From: Callorhinchus milii
Taxonomy: Eukaryota
Reading direction: 5' to 3'
Length of the DNA: 64,000 nucleotides
Assembly (NCBI RefSeq): GCF_018977255.1
Contig: NW_024704742.1
Span: 108,562,001 to 108,626,000, forward strand
The position numbers and the translations under genes were made by a program. Numbering within the stretch: the stretch's first letter is position 1; each line of letters begins with the position of its first letter. Below, piece after piece: positions 10,741-24,600 of this stretch. The notes under the pieces were generated by a model, which saw only the letters and a list, made by a program, of their open reading frames with translations, was not told where the DNA came from and ran no database searches.

Positions 10741-13700
10741 AGCTCCCATCTTCTCTCAGGCTTGTCTTCTCCCCTCCCCCTTTTCTATAACCATTCACAC
10801 ATCTTCTGGGTCTCAGACACATAGATAATTATTTGGGGAGGACAAGTTTGCAGGGCTATGGGTAGAGAGTGGGGGAGTGGGATTGATTTGGATAGCTCTC
10901 TTCAAAGAGCCGGCACAGACACAATGGGCCAAATGACCTCCTTCTGAGTTGTATAATTCTATGATTCTGTGATCTTTTCTTTCTTTAATCTCCCACTATT
11001 GCCTTCTTTTGTCTTGCAATAACACCACCTCTGATCTCATCACCTCCTTTCCTACACCGACGTTTTTCTTTTGTCTTTCTTTCCCCACCCCCTTCTCAGC
11101 TTGTCTTTATAATCTTCTCCCTTCCAACATTCCTCAGTTCCGACAAAAGGTCATCGACCTGCTTCGTTAACTCACTTTCCTCGCTCCATAGATGCTGCCT
11201 GACCTGCTGAGTGTTCCCAACGACTTCTGTTTTTCTTCATACTGGATTCGGGACCCAGTACGCACCGTTGCTGCAGGTGCTTATTGATCCAAAGGGCTAC
11301 TGATCTCTCCCCACCTGCCTCAATCTTGATTCCAGGCCATGCAGTCGAGTCATTCATCCATTCCACTTTCCATATGTGACCTGTACTGATTCATTGCTCT
11401 GTTAGAACTATATGAGAGTCCACCCAAATCAGCACTGTAATTAGCAATTGATCACATTTCCAGATTTAGTTAATAATTATTCTTGACTTTGATACAGTAC
11501 AATACAGATTTCCGTTTATATAGCACCTTATCACATCATCGTCTTCGCAAAGAAGTGGCAGAACTGGTTGTACCAGAAGTGCTGTAGCTTGTAGCTGGCA
11601 GCAAGCAGCTATGATGTTTTGATTATGACTGCGAAAATCTCCAAGGGTTCAGCCTTCTGACTGGAGGAGGATGTACAACACAATTAGTATTTATATAGTG
11701 CCCTTCATTTGGGTTAATGTCTTGGGAGTTATTAGCAATGCACACAGACATGCACTCTTTGAAAACGGGAAACTTTTAAGGGCTGTCTATTAGAGCACCC
11801 GGATCTATTAGGCTACGGTAGAGGTGCACTGCTTGGTGTTTGTTTGGAACATGTTGTGGTGTGGGGTGGAGTCGTGTTTTGTGTAAACCATGAATAACCT
11901 TTGTCCTCATTAATGTTATTATAGATTTGGACTTGAATCATATTCAATTTCATTAATTGTAACCAGAGTTACACCTCAGTATTCAACAAGGTCCAAGCTT
12001 GCACAGATAGGTTCTTGTCTAATAGAAAATTATACTGTCCTCACATAATCTCTGCACATGCCTTTTAACCATGTACCACCGATGGTCACGATAGTTAACA
12101 AAATGATCACTGGTTCAGTGATTAGAGTGTGCTGCACCATCGGAGGTGCCGTCCTTCAGACGAGACAAGACACCACCTGCCTTTTCAGGTGCATGTTAAA
12201 GATCCCTTGACGCTCTTTTAAGAGTTTCTCCCCATGTCCTGGCCAATAATTCCCCGATTAAAACCAATCGATCATTCACTTTATTGCTGTGTGAAAATTG
12301 GTGGCTGTGTTTGCCTACGGACACTAATATCTTGTGAAATGCTTTGAAATGTCTCGAAGACATAAGGCTATGTCAAATGCAAGGTTTATTATTCTTATCA
12401 CAGCAGAAAACCCACAACACTACTTTGCACTATTATCATCTTACATCACAGTCAAATCTCTTTGAATCTGAGAATGTGGTCAGCTGGATGGCTTGCTCCG
12501 TGCATGTTCCGTCACTAGAAGAAAATGACCAACTTCTGGGTCATTTAGGCACTGCCGACATCCTTTCCTGTTTGACTCACTTGCCCCATTTATACTTCTG
12601 GAAGCAATGCAATAGCACTTCCAGAGCAAGATCAATGCAAACAAACAGATTTAGAATGTCAACTTTCACCAAATGATTTTAAATTCATTGTCAGGTCCCA
12701 GTTTGTACCATTAATTTGTGCTGCCATTTTGGGTTTATGATTGTTTGTTGCTTGGACTGTGAGGTAATTCTGTGAAAGATGAAAGATACCTCACTTGGAT
12801 GAAGTCAGTTCACTTTACAGTCTATTCTGTGAAGCGCTTTGATATGTCTAGAAGATGTGAAAAGCGCTATATCAAATGCAAGGATTATTATTATAATTGT
12901 ACTGAATCGGACAGTAAATAATTTATCTTGCACATGTTCTAACACTCACTATTTGGTGATATATTGTGAAGATCATCTCTTCACGATTTAACATTTGCGT
13001 AAGTCTTATGCACATTATATGATTATTGGTAAGAAAACACTGAGCTGCATCAGTTTAAGCAATCATTTCATGTGGCACATGATCTCCAAGTTCTTACAAA
13101 TGATGCAATCATGGTTTGTTTCCGTCTGTGTGTACACTAAGTATTCACACACATCAAAAATACATCATTTTCTGTGTCATTTCTTTGATATTCTCACTCG
13201 TGTGTTTACTGAAAATATTTTGTACAACAATGGGTCCAACTACAATGAGATCACTGTTGACAAACATCCACCGAAACAGGTGAACATTATCGTCAATGAG
13301 TTAGTTTACCAAAGGGACTGAAGCACAAGATGGAGCTGTGCATTTTGAGAAGAATCCTTCTGATGTGAACATTGTCACTAAGCTGCTCCAAAGCCCATCC
13401 CACTGTCCCACCCCACAGCTGCCCTACTGCTGTCACAGCCCTGCACCACCGCCCCAGCAGACCTCACTGATCGATCTGAGGCAGATCCAAAACAATATTG
13501 TGAATCTATTATCGAATTTGGGCCTTTAACCAATATTAAACTGTGTTCCCAAGTGAATCATGCACAAATACTGAAAAAGAAGCAGTGAATGATAAACGGA
13601 GTCACAAGTTACAGCTAATACATTACTTGCTGCCGGCAAGCAGACTGCCTTCACAAATGCCCTTAATTTGATCGCTCTGCAGACCAGGACTGGAAAGTGG

Positions 13701-14603
13701 ATAAGGGGCAAGTCAGATAGATCAATCACTGAGAGTTGTTACCTGGTCACTGCAGTGCATCAGGGGGACATTTCTGAGCTTCAGATTAAGGTAAATTGTT
13801 GGGATGGTTTGAAGGGGGAGGAGAGATTAAAATGGTTGGGAGTTCTGCTTTAATATACCTAGCTCAGTTTAATACTGACCGCAGTTGAAAATAAACTAAA
13901 ATACATATCTCCAAGTATCAAAATTCCTTCCCTGAATTCATATGTAACCTTAAGCTAAAAAACAAATGAAACCACAAGTTGCATATTCCAGAAATTCACT
14001 GCATTTTATTTTCTGATTTCATAAGTACATGATACAGGTTCTTTAATACACCCAAAGCCACTGAAGGATGCTGAATGGTTGTGTTGCAGACAAAGTGTTT
14101 CAGGTAGTGCAGAATCAGAAATAAACAAGAGTACAGTCTGGACAGGTGTGCCAGTCCTTTACAGTTAAGGTGAAATTTGTACTGTTTGTAGCTTTTAGTA
14201 CATTTCCTGACCGAACTTGGAAACACTAGAATTGTGCTGACTGAAGCTCTGCAATGTCGGAAGTAACACATTCATGTCTTTGTAGCACAAAATATTTCAG
14301 CAGTAAACATTTCCTACAAATATAGCATCCTTCCCCCCTAGATATTTAAATTGCTTTAAATATATAAATCCAGTTTGAGAACTTCAGAAGAGAAAACAAT
14401 ACTTCTTTCAGTGAGTTAAAACTAGAATTAGTAAATTGCTTTAAAAAATTTCTATCAGTATAATTGGCTGGTGTTTAAACTTACAGGAAACACTTTACAT
14501 CCCCAAAAAAACATGCTGCAGCAGCTCTCCAGAGAATTTGAAAGGAACCACAGATATTTATACAGAAGCACGTTCCCAACCAAAAAAGACAGTTGCACAG
14601 TGG

Positions 14604-17600
14604 TCAGTTTTGAAACCAGGGCCTGTAGAAGGAAAAGGCAATTAAAATCAAAATATAGTGTCCTTCCCCCTTAGATATTTAAACTTATATTTACCTATAT
14701 TTAAAAAGGGAGATAGAACAAGCCCAGGGAACTATAGACCTGTCAGTTTAACATCGGTGGTAGGAAAGATAATGGAATCCTTACTGAAGGAGGTAATAGA
14801 AAAACATCTAGAAACGGAAAACATAATGAAGGATAGTCAGCACGGATTTCAAAAAGGAAGGTCATGCTTGACCAACCTCATTGAATTTTTTGAAGAGGTA
14901 ACAGTAAGAGTAGGTAAGAGTAATGCAGTAATATATTTGGATTTCCAAAAGGCATTCGATAGGGTACCACATAATAGACTAATGAATAAGGTCAGAACAT
15001 GTGGAGTCAGGGGAAAAGTAGCAGAATGGATAGCAAGGTGGCAACAAGACAGAAACAGAGAGTAGGGGTAAAGGGTAGCTACTCAGACTGGCAGAGGATA
15101 GGAAGTGGTTTTCCACAAGGATCGGTATTGGGTCCATTGTTGTTCACAATATACATTAATGATTTGGACTCAGGAATTGAAAGTGCAATTTCAAAATTTG
15201 CGGATGACACCAAATTGGGGGGAGTACTTAATACAGGAGGACTGCAGCAAACTACAGCAAGACATTAATAAACTTGCTGAATGGGCATTTAAATGGCAAA
15301 TACATTTCAGTGTAGAAAAGTGTGAGGTGGTACATTTTGATAGAAGGAATAAGGAAGTCACATACATTCTGGAAAATAAAAACCTAAATGGGATAGAGGA
15401 GCAAAGGGACCTAGGGGCACACATACACCATTCACTAAAAGTAGCAACGCAGGTTAATAAGGCCATGAAAAAGGCAAATCAAGCATTGGGGTTCATTTCT
15501 AGAGGGATAGAAATGAAAGCAGGGAAGTTATGGTAAACTTCTATAGAACCTTGGTTAGACCACACTTAAGACTACTGTGTGCAGTTCTGGTCCCCACATT
15601 ATAGAAGGGATGTAGAAACACCGGAGAGGGTGCAAAGGAGATTCACAAGGATGATCCCAGACCTGAGAGGTTATACCAATCAGGAAAGACTGAACATGGT
15701 TGGACTCTTCTCTTGCAAAGAGGAGGATGTAAGTTACATTTTAGCTATATTTGGAAATTCAACAAATGAGCAGGAATTAAGTTACCGGCCATTAAAAATG
15801 AATGTAATAATTTTGAATTTTTTGGTACCTGTTTTGCAGGTTTTAACGCTTGCGGCTTTTCTTTGAGCTAGATTTTGTAGAAGTATGCTCTTTTGCCTAT
15901 TTTAAAAGAAAAAAAGAAGAAACAAGTATTGAGATGAAATCTTGCCATGTGAGATCATAATGCACTTGAGCAAAGAGAAGTGGATTTTGATGTTTAGGCA
16001 AACTTAATGTTTCCATTATAATAATAATTCTTGCCTTTGATAATAGCACCTTATCACGTCTTCAAGACCCTTCAAAGACCTTCACGGAATATACTGTAAA
16101 GTGAATTGACTATATATTTTGTGGATGAAACGCGCTAGCCAATTGCGCACAGCAGTGTCCCACAAACAGTCGTGGGTTGAATTGCCCAATTTATTATATA
16201 TATTTTTTGAAGGAATTATTACCCCCAGAAAAGCAATCCGCCAATTGACTAACAACTGGGTTCCAACTTACTGCTAGGTAAACAGAGGTGCGTGGAGTAA
16301 GGAAACTCACCCAACATTATGTTCAAATGAGAGAAAAGCGCAATACATTCGAATTCAAGATCCTTATCCTCACCTACAAGGCCATTCACGGCCTCGCTCC
16401 CTCCTACCTCTCCAACCTACTATCCCCCTATCTACTTGCCCATACCCTCCGTTCCTCTGGCTCCGGTCTGCTCCACATCCCCCGCCCCAACTGCCCTACC
16501 ATCGGTGGCCGAGCCTTCAGCCTCTCAGCCCCTGGGCTCTGGAACTCCATCCCCCAGTGCCTTCGCCGCCTCCTCCCTTTCCTCCTTCAAGGCCGGTCTC
16601 AAGACCTTTCTCTTTGACCGTGCCTTCAGCTCCCCTCTCAACACCCTCCTCGCCCCCTCCCTTCCCTCCCCTCACCCTGACCATTTCCACCCTCCCTCCC
16701 TTCCCTCCCCTCACCCTGACCATTTCCCCCCTCCCTCCCTTCCCTCCCCTCACCCTGACCATTTCCCCCCTGCTTGGGTCCTGACCCAACTGTCCAGCGC
16801 TTTGGGACGTCCTCCCGACGTGAAATGCGCTCTATAAATGGAATCTTGTTGTTGTTGTACATTACCTTACATGCTAAAGTCCTCAGTGTGTTCATTGAGA
16901 GTTTATCAAGATGATCTTTCTGACTTAGTTAAGCAAATATAAGCAATGCTTCTAAATTCCCCAATCTCCAATCTAAGATACTTTGGAAACACCATGGTCT
17001 CCACCAGGAGAGACACCCTTCTTTATGCCTCACTTCAGCCCAAATTGTTTGGGGATTTGTTGATGATGATGAGAAACTGATATTTAATTGTTTAGCAAAT
17101 TTCAACAGCTGCAGACTGAGAGCAAACCTAGAGCATGTCTAGTCTTGTTTCTGTACACAGGCTTTGCAAGTCTGTATTATATGAAGAACCTTGCTTGTCT
17201 CACAAATACTTCACTAAGCTTACAAAGCTAGGCAAATCATCACGCCCATCCCAATCCATTTGTAAATTCCCATGGTAAGTTCCATTTTCGTACCCATTGT
17301 TATTTCTAAATAAATGAGCGATTATTATTAATAATAATTTATAAATTTGTAGGCAAAAATATATATGATCCAGATTGCACTGTTCAAAAATTCTGGCTGT
17401 ATTTGATTTTGAACTCCTTTTCTTCCATTCTATTCTTTTCTCGTAAATAAAACCCAAATAATAGTCCAAGCATATAATCATGAATTAGTGCCGTCTGAGC
17501 AATTACAGATCAGATCCAGATTGTCTGGTAAGACCAATGCCTCTACTCCCAAAGATATCCTCTGGAAAGGCAAACTGGCCTTCATTTGACCTGTCTTCCG

Positions 17601-18671
17601 CCAGTGCACAGAACGGGAAATCCCTCCTCATCAGGCCTTCCCAACTCTTCCCTTCACAAGCTGCATATCATCCAAAATTCTGCAGCTCGTGTACTCTCAC
17701 GCACCAGGCTCCGTGACCCCATACTCCCACCCTCGCCTGACTCCACTGGCTTCCCATCCCCCAGAGGATTGAGTTCAAGATCCTCGTCCTCACCTTTAAG
17801 GCCATCCATGGCCTTGCCCGCCCTCCTACCTCTCTGACCTGCTGACTCCCTACGAGCCTGCCCGTTCCCTCCGTTCATCGGGCTCTGGCCTGCTCCATGT
17901 CTCCTGCCCGACCCGCCTTACCATCGGTGGCCAGGCTTTCAGCCTCTCTGCCCCCACACTCTGGAACTCCATCCCACGGTCCCTTCACATCGCTTCCTCC
18001 CTTGCCTCCTTCGAGGCCGATCTCAAGACCTTTCTCTTCGACCGTGCCTTTGGTTTCCCTCCCACTGCCTTCCCTCACCCCTACACCATCCCTCCCCCAT
18101 GCTCGGGCCCCGACACCTGACTGTTCAGTGCTTTGGGACGTCCTCCCGACGTGGAAAGCGCTCTATAAATGTAATTTTGTTGTTGTTGTGTTTTCAAACA
18201 TTAACTTTATTGCTGTAATGTTTTTTAGAAACGTTTTGGTAAGGATTGCTTATCCTGTGCATTCTTTTGGACAGCCTGTAATTCATCTCCCATATGTGGT
18301 AAAAGAAAAGCAGAAAAGTCTGTGATAGCACTACCTTTTGTCTCTTCCTGCTAACTTCACTGATTGCTAGATTCAACACAATTTTATATGTAATCTCTGC
18401 AGATAACTAAACCTGACCATAGAATTAATCTGCAATTCCATTTCGTATAAACAATTTTTTTCACTAATTCACACATTGGGCAATAAATGAAGGGTAGTGC
18501 ATTGTCTGAGGAAATCATCTTGATAATGTTTGTATTTACCTTTGCTGATTTAGATGCTGTGTCTTTGGCTTTGGTGGGTGATGTTGGGGATGTAGGTGAT
18601 TTAGGAGATTTAGGCGATGTAGGTGATGTAGGCGAAGTTTCAATGCTTAAGCCTCCTGCTTTATTATCCAT
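14604..18671 (-). CDS. CAST: CAST C-terminal exons
   Basis: 18540-18671 (MDNKAGG..SPTSPTSPKSPKSPTSPTSPTK..SAK), 18335-18366 (32 nt, ends phase 2), and probable last exon starting at 14622 (acceptor ccttttccttctacag) giving ..RPWFQN* with TGA at 14606-14604, followed by repeat-poor UTR-like sequence. Confidence 0.65.
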
Positions 18672-21600
18672 CTGTGGGATGGACCACATTTGCTCAATGT
18701 TAAAATAGAACACTGCAGATTTGTATTCACTGGCAGTATAGCATTGATTGAGTGTGCAAGGCTGTAATGACACCTCATTGAGACTCATTATAGCACCAAT
18801 GCAGCAGATGAGCAAAGAGGGAAAAGAAAAGGAATAGGACAGAGAACTAGGCTCATCACATAACGTCTCTGACACTAGGAAGATGGATGCATAGTGAAAA
18901 CATGATCCGTAGGTTACATTTGTGCTGAAATGATGATAGCATATTAAGCATAAAGATGAAACCCTGAATATAACAGTGTATAAGGTGGAGAATGAACGCT
19001 GCTTGAAATTAACCAGAGAATTAATCAGGATTGTGACATTCTGGAGACAAGGTGTGTGATTATGTAACTCACAGGCCTGCAATGCTGAAATGGATTTTAA
19101 ACAGAGATAAAGAGGCTTTTCAGTTAAAAGACGTGGACCTGACAAGAGTTGACCAAAGACAGTCATACCTTCTTCTGCTTAGTTCCTCCAGCTTGTGATT
19201 TAGACATCAAAGTTTCAGAATTCTGGCCAAAGTCCAATGACATTGCGTCCATAACTTGAGTCTCCGTCATCTGTTAGAAGCAAAGCCATATCAATTATAG
19301 ATACACCGAGGAAAATTTAAATACTTTATTTCGCTTTCACAAGATTGAGATAAAAGTAAAACTATAAGAGAAGCAATTCTCCTTACCGAGTATTAAACAC
19401 AATTTAAGCACTTTGTTTGTAAAACATCATGTAAACGAGTGAGTTGTGCAAATTGTCAAAACTTTGTGTGAACAGATTTGTACAAAACCAATTTGTACTT
19501 ATTTAGATTGTTTCCCAGAACGAAAATGTCTCAAAGTGCTTTACAAAGACTGGGCAGGAGCCCAGCTAGTAGAGAAAAACGTCTTTAGATGAGTTTTGAA
19601 AACAGAGAGAAGGATGCTGGAAGGGAGTTGTAAAGGTTGGGAGCAAAATGTCTGAAGGCTTGTCTGCCGGTGGGGCAGAGCAGGTAGGGGACACGAAGCA
19701 GGCCAGCAGGCCAGAGTTGGTTAGGAATGGGTTTAAGATTGTAAGATTAAACACAAGATTGTGATTGCATTTTAATGGAATGTGACAGATATTGTCCTGC
19801 AGAATTGAAGTACTGACATCTGTGTAAAGCAGAGTTAAAAAAACAAGAGTTTGGAATTATATCTAGAGTGTTACAAGATTGCTTTTGGATGTGAACTTAT
19901 TAAATGGTCAGTGATGTACAAAATGAATCCAGAAGGATGTTTCTCTTTGTGTCCTGGCCAACAATCCCTCTGAATAAAATTGGTCTCTCACTTCATGGCA
20001 ATGGCTGTTGGTGGGACACTGCTGTGTGCAAATTGCCTTTGGAGTTCGCCCACAAAATTACAGTCACTCCACATTACATTATGTCCTGTGAAGCACTTTG
20101 GGATGTGCTCCAGATCTAAAAGGTGCTATAGTAACTGTAAGGATTATTACATATTTGTACCTAAGCCAATGAGACAGCTCAGTCATTGAAAGGGGAACTG
20201 AATGGATTCCTCGTTCAGCACAGAGTTAATCACAAATGGTCAAATTAAATCCTAGTTCTTCACCTGGAAGGGTTGAATCACCTTTTCTCATTTTTGTATT
20301 CCTAAAATATCATCATTTTAATAGTAAAGTTGTTTTCAGCCATTTGGCAATTGCTGCCTGGAACTCCATTCTTAGGTCCCTTCCGCCTCAAAATGTATTT
20401 CTCACCACGCTTTCAGGCATCTTTCCCCTCCTTGCCCCAGCTTAGCCCCCACCCTTGACTCCTCTGCTCAACCAGAATTGCCAGCAGCCTTGGGATGTAC
20501 TCCTGGCATGAAAGGCGCTGTATAATTGTACAATAATAATCCATGCATTTGACGTACCCCAGAAGGATGTCTCAAAGTGTTTTACAGAATTTTTATTGTA
20601 AAATGATTGTGTTGTGTAGGTAAAATTGGCAGCCAATTTGTGCACAAGCAATGTCTGATATAAAGTCATAAAGTGAGTGGCCAATTTTATCTGGGGTATT
20701 GGTGGCCAAGTCACCGGTACAAACTCCCTTCTCTTTTCAAATAGTGTCACAGGATCTTTACCATCTACTTGAACAGGAAGACGGGACCTTGGTTTACCAT
20801 ATCATCTGAAGGACAACATTTCCATTAAAGTAACAAACCTAAAGTATTGCATTGAAGTGTCAGCCTAAACTATGTGAGCTCACATAGTGAGCTTGATGTT
20901 CGGCTTGAACCTAGAACCTTCTGACTCTGAGGTGGGAGTAGCATGAACTTAACCAGGCTGACTGACACCTTGTGCAGTGCTGAAAAATATATTTCTGTAA
21001 GAAGCTAAAAAAAAATTTAATTTGCAAAAAAATGTTTACCTTTGATTTCTTTGACAGATCAATAGCAGCTCCAACTGCTGGGCCCTTATTATCTGTATCC
21101 TGTGGAACCAAAGAAGCTGTAACAAAATCTTTCCATAATCCAGCAGAATGATAATTAAAGCAAATGGTCATATATCAATCGCCGAATAAATAAACACATC
21201 ATATTTGTAACTACACTTGGACCCATATGATATAAAGCATTGTAATGTTCAGGGCTCCTTTCATAAATCCATAGAAGATATAGCTCAAAAACGGGCCATT
21301 CAGTTCATCAAGTTCAGCTGATGTTTATAGTCCACACTAGAGCCTAACCTAGATCTAGAGCACGACCCACCCGTACCCCACCAGCCCGCACTGGGGCACA
21401 GACAACCCCTGGCAGGTGGACAGAGACCCCCCAGGAGGCAGGGCACAGAGAGACGCACCCCCAGGAGGCGGGGCAGAGGTAAAGAATGCTCTAAAATTGG
21501 TGCATATTTTTATACCAATCATTTAGCTAATTCTCTATATAATTGCCTTGCAGATGCTTTATGGCATTTGACATCAGTTTAGTTTAAATGCTACATTATA

Positions 21601-24600
21601 ATTGGGGACCTTTTCACACCAGACCATTGTTCTCTCAACACACATTGTGAAGCTTTCACCACTGAGGCATAATTCAAACAATGAATGGTGATGCTATTCA
21701 CAGCACTGACCTCAGGTTTAAATCGGTAATCGGGTGGTAGAGAACTCTCCCGTTCGCCCACTTTGTTTGCAAGCTTCTCAGTAGCTGTTTTTTCCTGTAA
21801 ACAATATAAGACTCTCAAAAAAAGAAAGTAAAACATACATAGTTGCATATTGAATTAATTTACCTTAATGCAAAGAAAGTGGATTATGCTGATGTTAGGA
21901 GAGCTAAATCAATATTTAGTTATAATATAATCCTTGCATTTTGATATAGCGCTTTTCACGTCTTCTAGACGTCTCAAAGCGCTTCACAGAATATACTGCT
22001 AAGTGAATTGACTGTATATTTGTGGGCGAAACGTGGCAGCCAATTGTGCACAGCAGTGTCCCAGAAACAGTCGGGGATTGAAGTGACCATTTTATTATTG
22101 TTTTTCTTTCTTGAGGGATTATTATCAGGCATATGGAGTAAGGAAACTTGTCCAAAGTTGTGCCTTGCCGGGAATCAAACCCAGGTCTCTCGCTTGCGAG
22201 GTGAGTGCTCTAACCACTGAGCTACTGAGTTATTCATATGAAATAAAAACTAAAAAGTGCATGTGCTTGTTAGGCTGGTTAGTTCACTTTCTTTCTGATC
22301 TACTGAGTGTATGCTTTGCAGTATCCAAACCAGACTGAATTTCATATATGTATGTCACCAACACATGGAAATTTCCCATTTCTCTGGAATGGAATGTGCA
22401 CTCTCTCTCTCAGGAGGGAAGCACACTGCTTAACTAATTCTGGAAATTAGGCACAGGTTGGCAAGAACCAAGGTTTGGGAACCTCAGAGTGTGTGTTGTA
22501 CTGCTGCAGTTTAACCAACTAAAACTGTTCAGCTTGCAATCGAGAGCACCATCTGGCAAGCTTCCCACTTCTTGTCCAATTAGGACCACTTTGTTAGGGC
22601 TTGCAGGAACAACAGGAGCTGTTAGGGAAGAATCCCTGTCCCCAATAACTGGTCTACGCCTCCTGCTTCCTTGGTAAGCAGTGCAGCTCAGTGTGAAATG
22701 TGCGAGACCACTGTCGCCATCCTCCATTAATCAGTTGAACCACATTGGCTCAGAACAAGATTTTGTCAACGGGTATTACCAGAGAGTTGACAGGATCTCT
22801 CAGGCAGAAGGAAAGCCATAGAAAAACATCCAGCAGCTTGTTCAGTTTGTACTTGTTTTGCCCACAAAATACAGTCAATCCACTTTACTTCAAAATATAT
22901 GTAGCGCTTTGAGATGTCTCAATGACGTGATAAGGTGCTATGTTAAATGTGAGGATTATTTTTATTACTTTCACATGGTTTAAAAATTTGTGTGCTATGA
23001 CTTACGTAACAAGATCTTTTTCAATTTACCCCCTTGGCGGGTAAATCAATTTACCTCTATCTGTCCATATCTCTGGCAAGCAGGCATACAGTGCAGAGGT
23101 TCAGTGTGATTCAAAGATGGTGACACAGAACGTTACAAAGACAATGGCTTCAAAAATGGCAATCCGATATATGACAAAGATGGCGCTAGCCAAATTTTAA
23201 GTTCTTGCAGCTGATGTTGATGATTGGATTTTGAAAATGGCATTTCCAATGCTGCTTTCCAGAGAAACAATCAATACCTTTAACTTAGAAAGCTGCAATG
23301 TAACTGCAATGCTCCTTCAAAAACAGCAGGCCTGCCCAATGAGAATCAAAGCGATGGCTCTAAACACTTTAAACCAGCCTTCATCACTACCATTGTTCAG
23401 ACGAATGGTTGGGGGGGTAATTCCTCAAATAAGGAATGGACACATTTAGTATTATCACTATTTTTATCCCAAACACAACTGAATTCATGAATACCTTAAC
23501 TTCAGGCCCAGTGTACTTAGGACCTGAATGGACTGGGGTTTCTGGTTGAAGCATGTCTGAGAGTTCATCAAGAGCTCCCATATCTCCAATTTTACCCTAT
23601 AAAACAAAAGCACAGTTTTAACATACAGACTATGTCTAGCTGAACGTTACAGCACTTTGGTAAGCTCTCCAAACCAGGCAAAAATCAGTTAATGATTCTG
23701 TTACTGCAATCCTGATCTAGGCACCACATTTCTTTGCAAAACTATTATGAATATCGCAAGAGTCAAGAACTGGGTCTCCTTATAATTACTCTTAGTAAAT
23801 GCTGGAACGAATTCTACTGAACTGGTGAGTAAAACACTATGGCATAAGATCAATCTAGCATGTGCAAATGTTCACTCCCTTTCACTATAAGATGCCAACT
23901 TTTGATGAAATAAACTAGTTGATGTGATTTTCTATTTTGACAGTGCTTTAATTGTCAGCTTTTAAACATGATCTCTGGCTCCCGTACTCATGACCAGCGG
24001 TAATTTGAACCATTCAGATCATCAGCTAATAAGTTATGTTACACATTATTTATAAGTTTACTCTATTTGATTACTCCTCGTCTTCCTTGTCCTGCCTGAT
24101 GCCGTTAGTTGAGACTGTGTCTTTCTATTTCTTCTCGTAGGCAGACATGATTGAGGTAGTGGCTCAGCAGATGGCAATTCAAATCTGAACCTATGAATAC
24201 TTATAATGTGACTTCTACTAGAAAGACATAATCACTATTTTTTGCTTACACCATCTGATAAACCCTGCAATCTTAAAGAGCCTGAACATGGCTTCAATTC
24301 TCAACCATCTCCGTGAAAGAGACCAAAGAACAATGCTCGGTGTAAACTGGAAACATAAATTGTCAGACGTTAATAAAGATCTCCATTTTATTTGTCACCC
24401 ACCTGAGCAGCAGACTGACTTGCAGAAACTGAAGAAGCTGATGTGGCTTTCACAAATTCACATTCACTTTGATCCTTTGTAGAAGAGAGAATGAAGGTTA
24501 ATTGCATCAGTATTCACAATGACTGCTGCACTTTGAGATTCTGGGTGCAAACACTTCAGCAAGACTTCTAATGCCATTCACGAGCTTGTAAAATGGACTC

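Noticed and set aside
5222-15712. RT-like ORFs as functional or domesticated genes
   Set aside because: Truncated and frameshifted LINE remnants with in-frame stops.
18384-19166. 260-aa minus-strand ORF
   Set aside because: Only 18540-18671 is bounded by splice sites and CAST-like; the rest is intron read-through.
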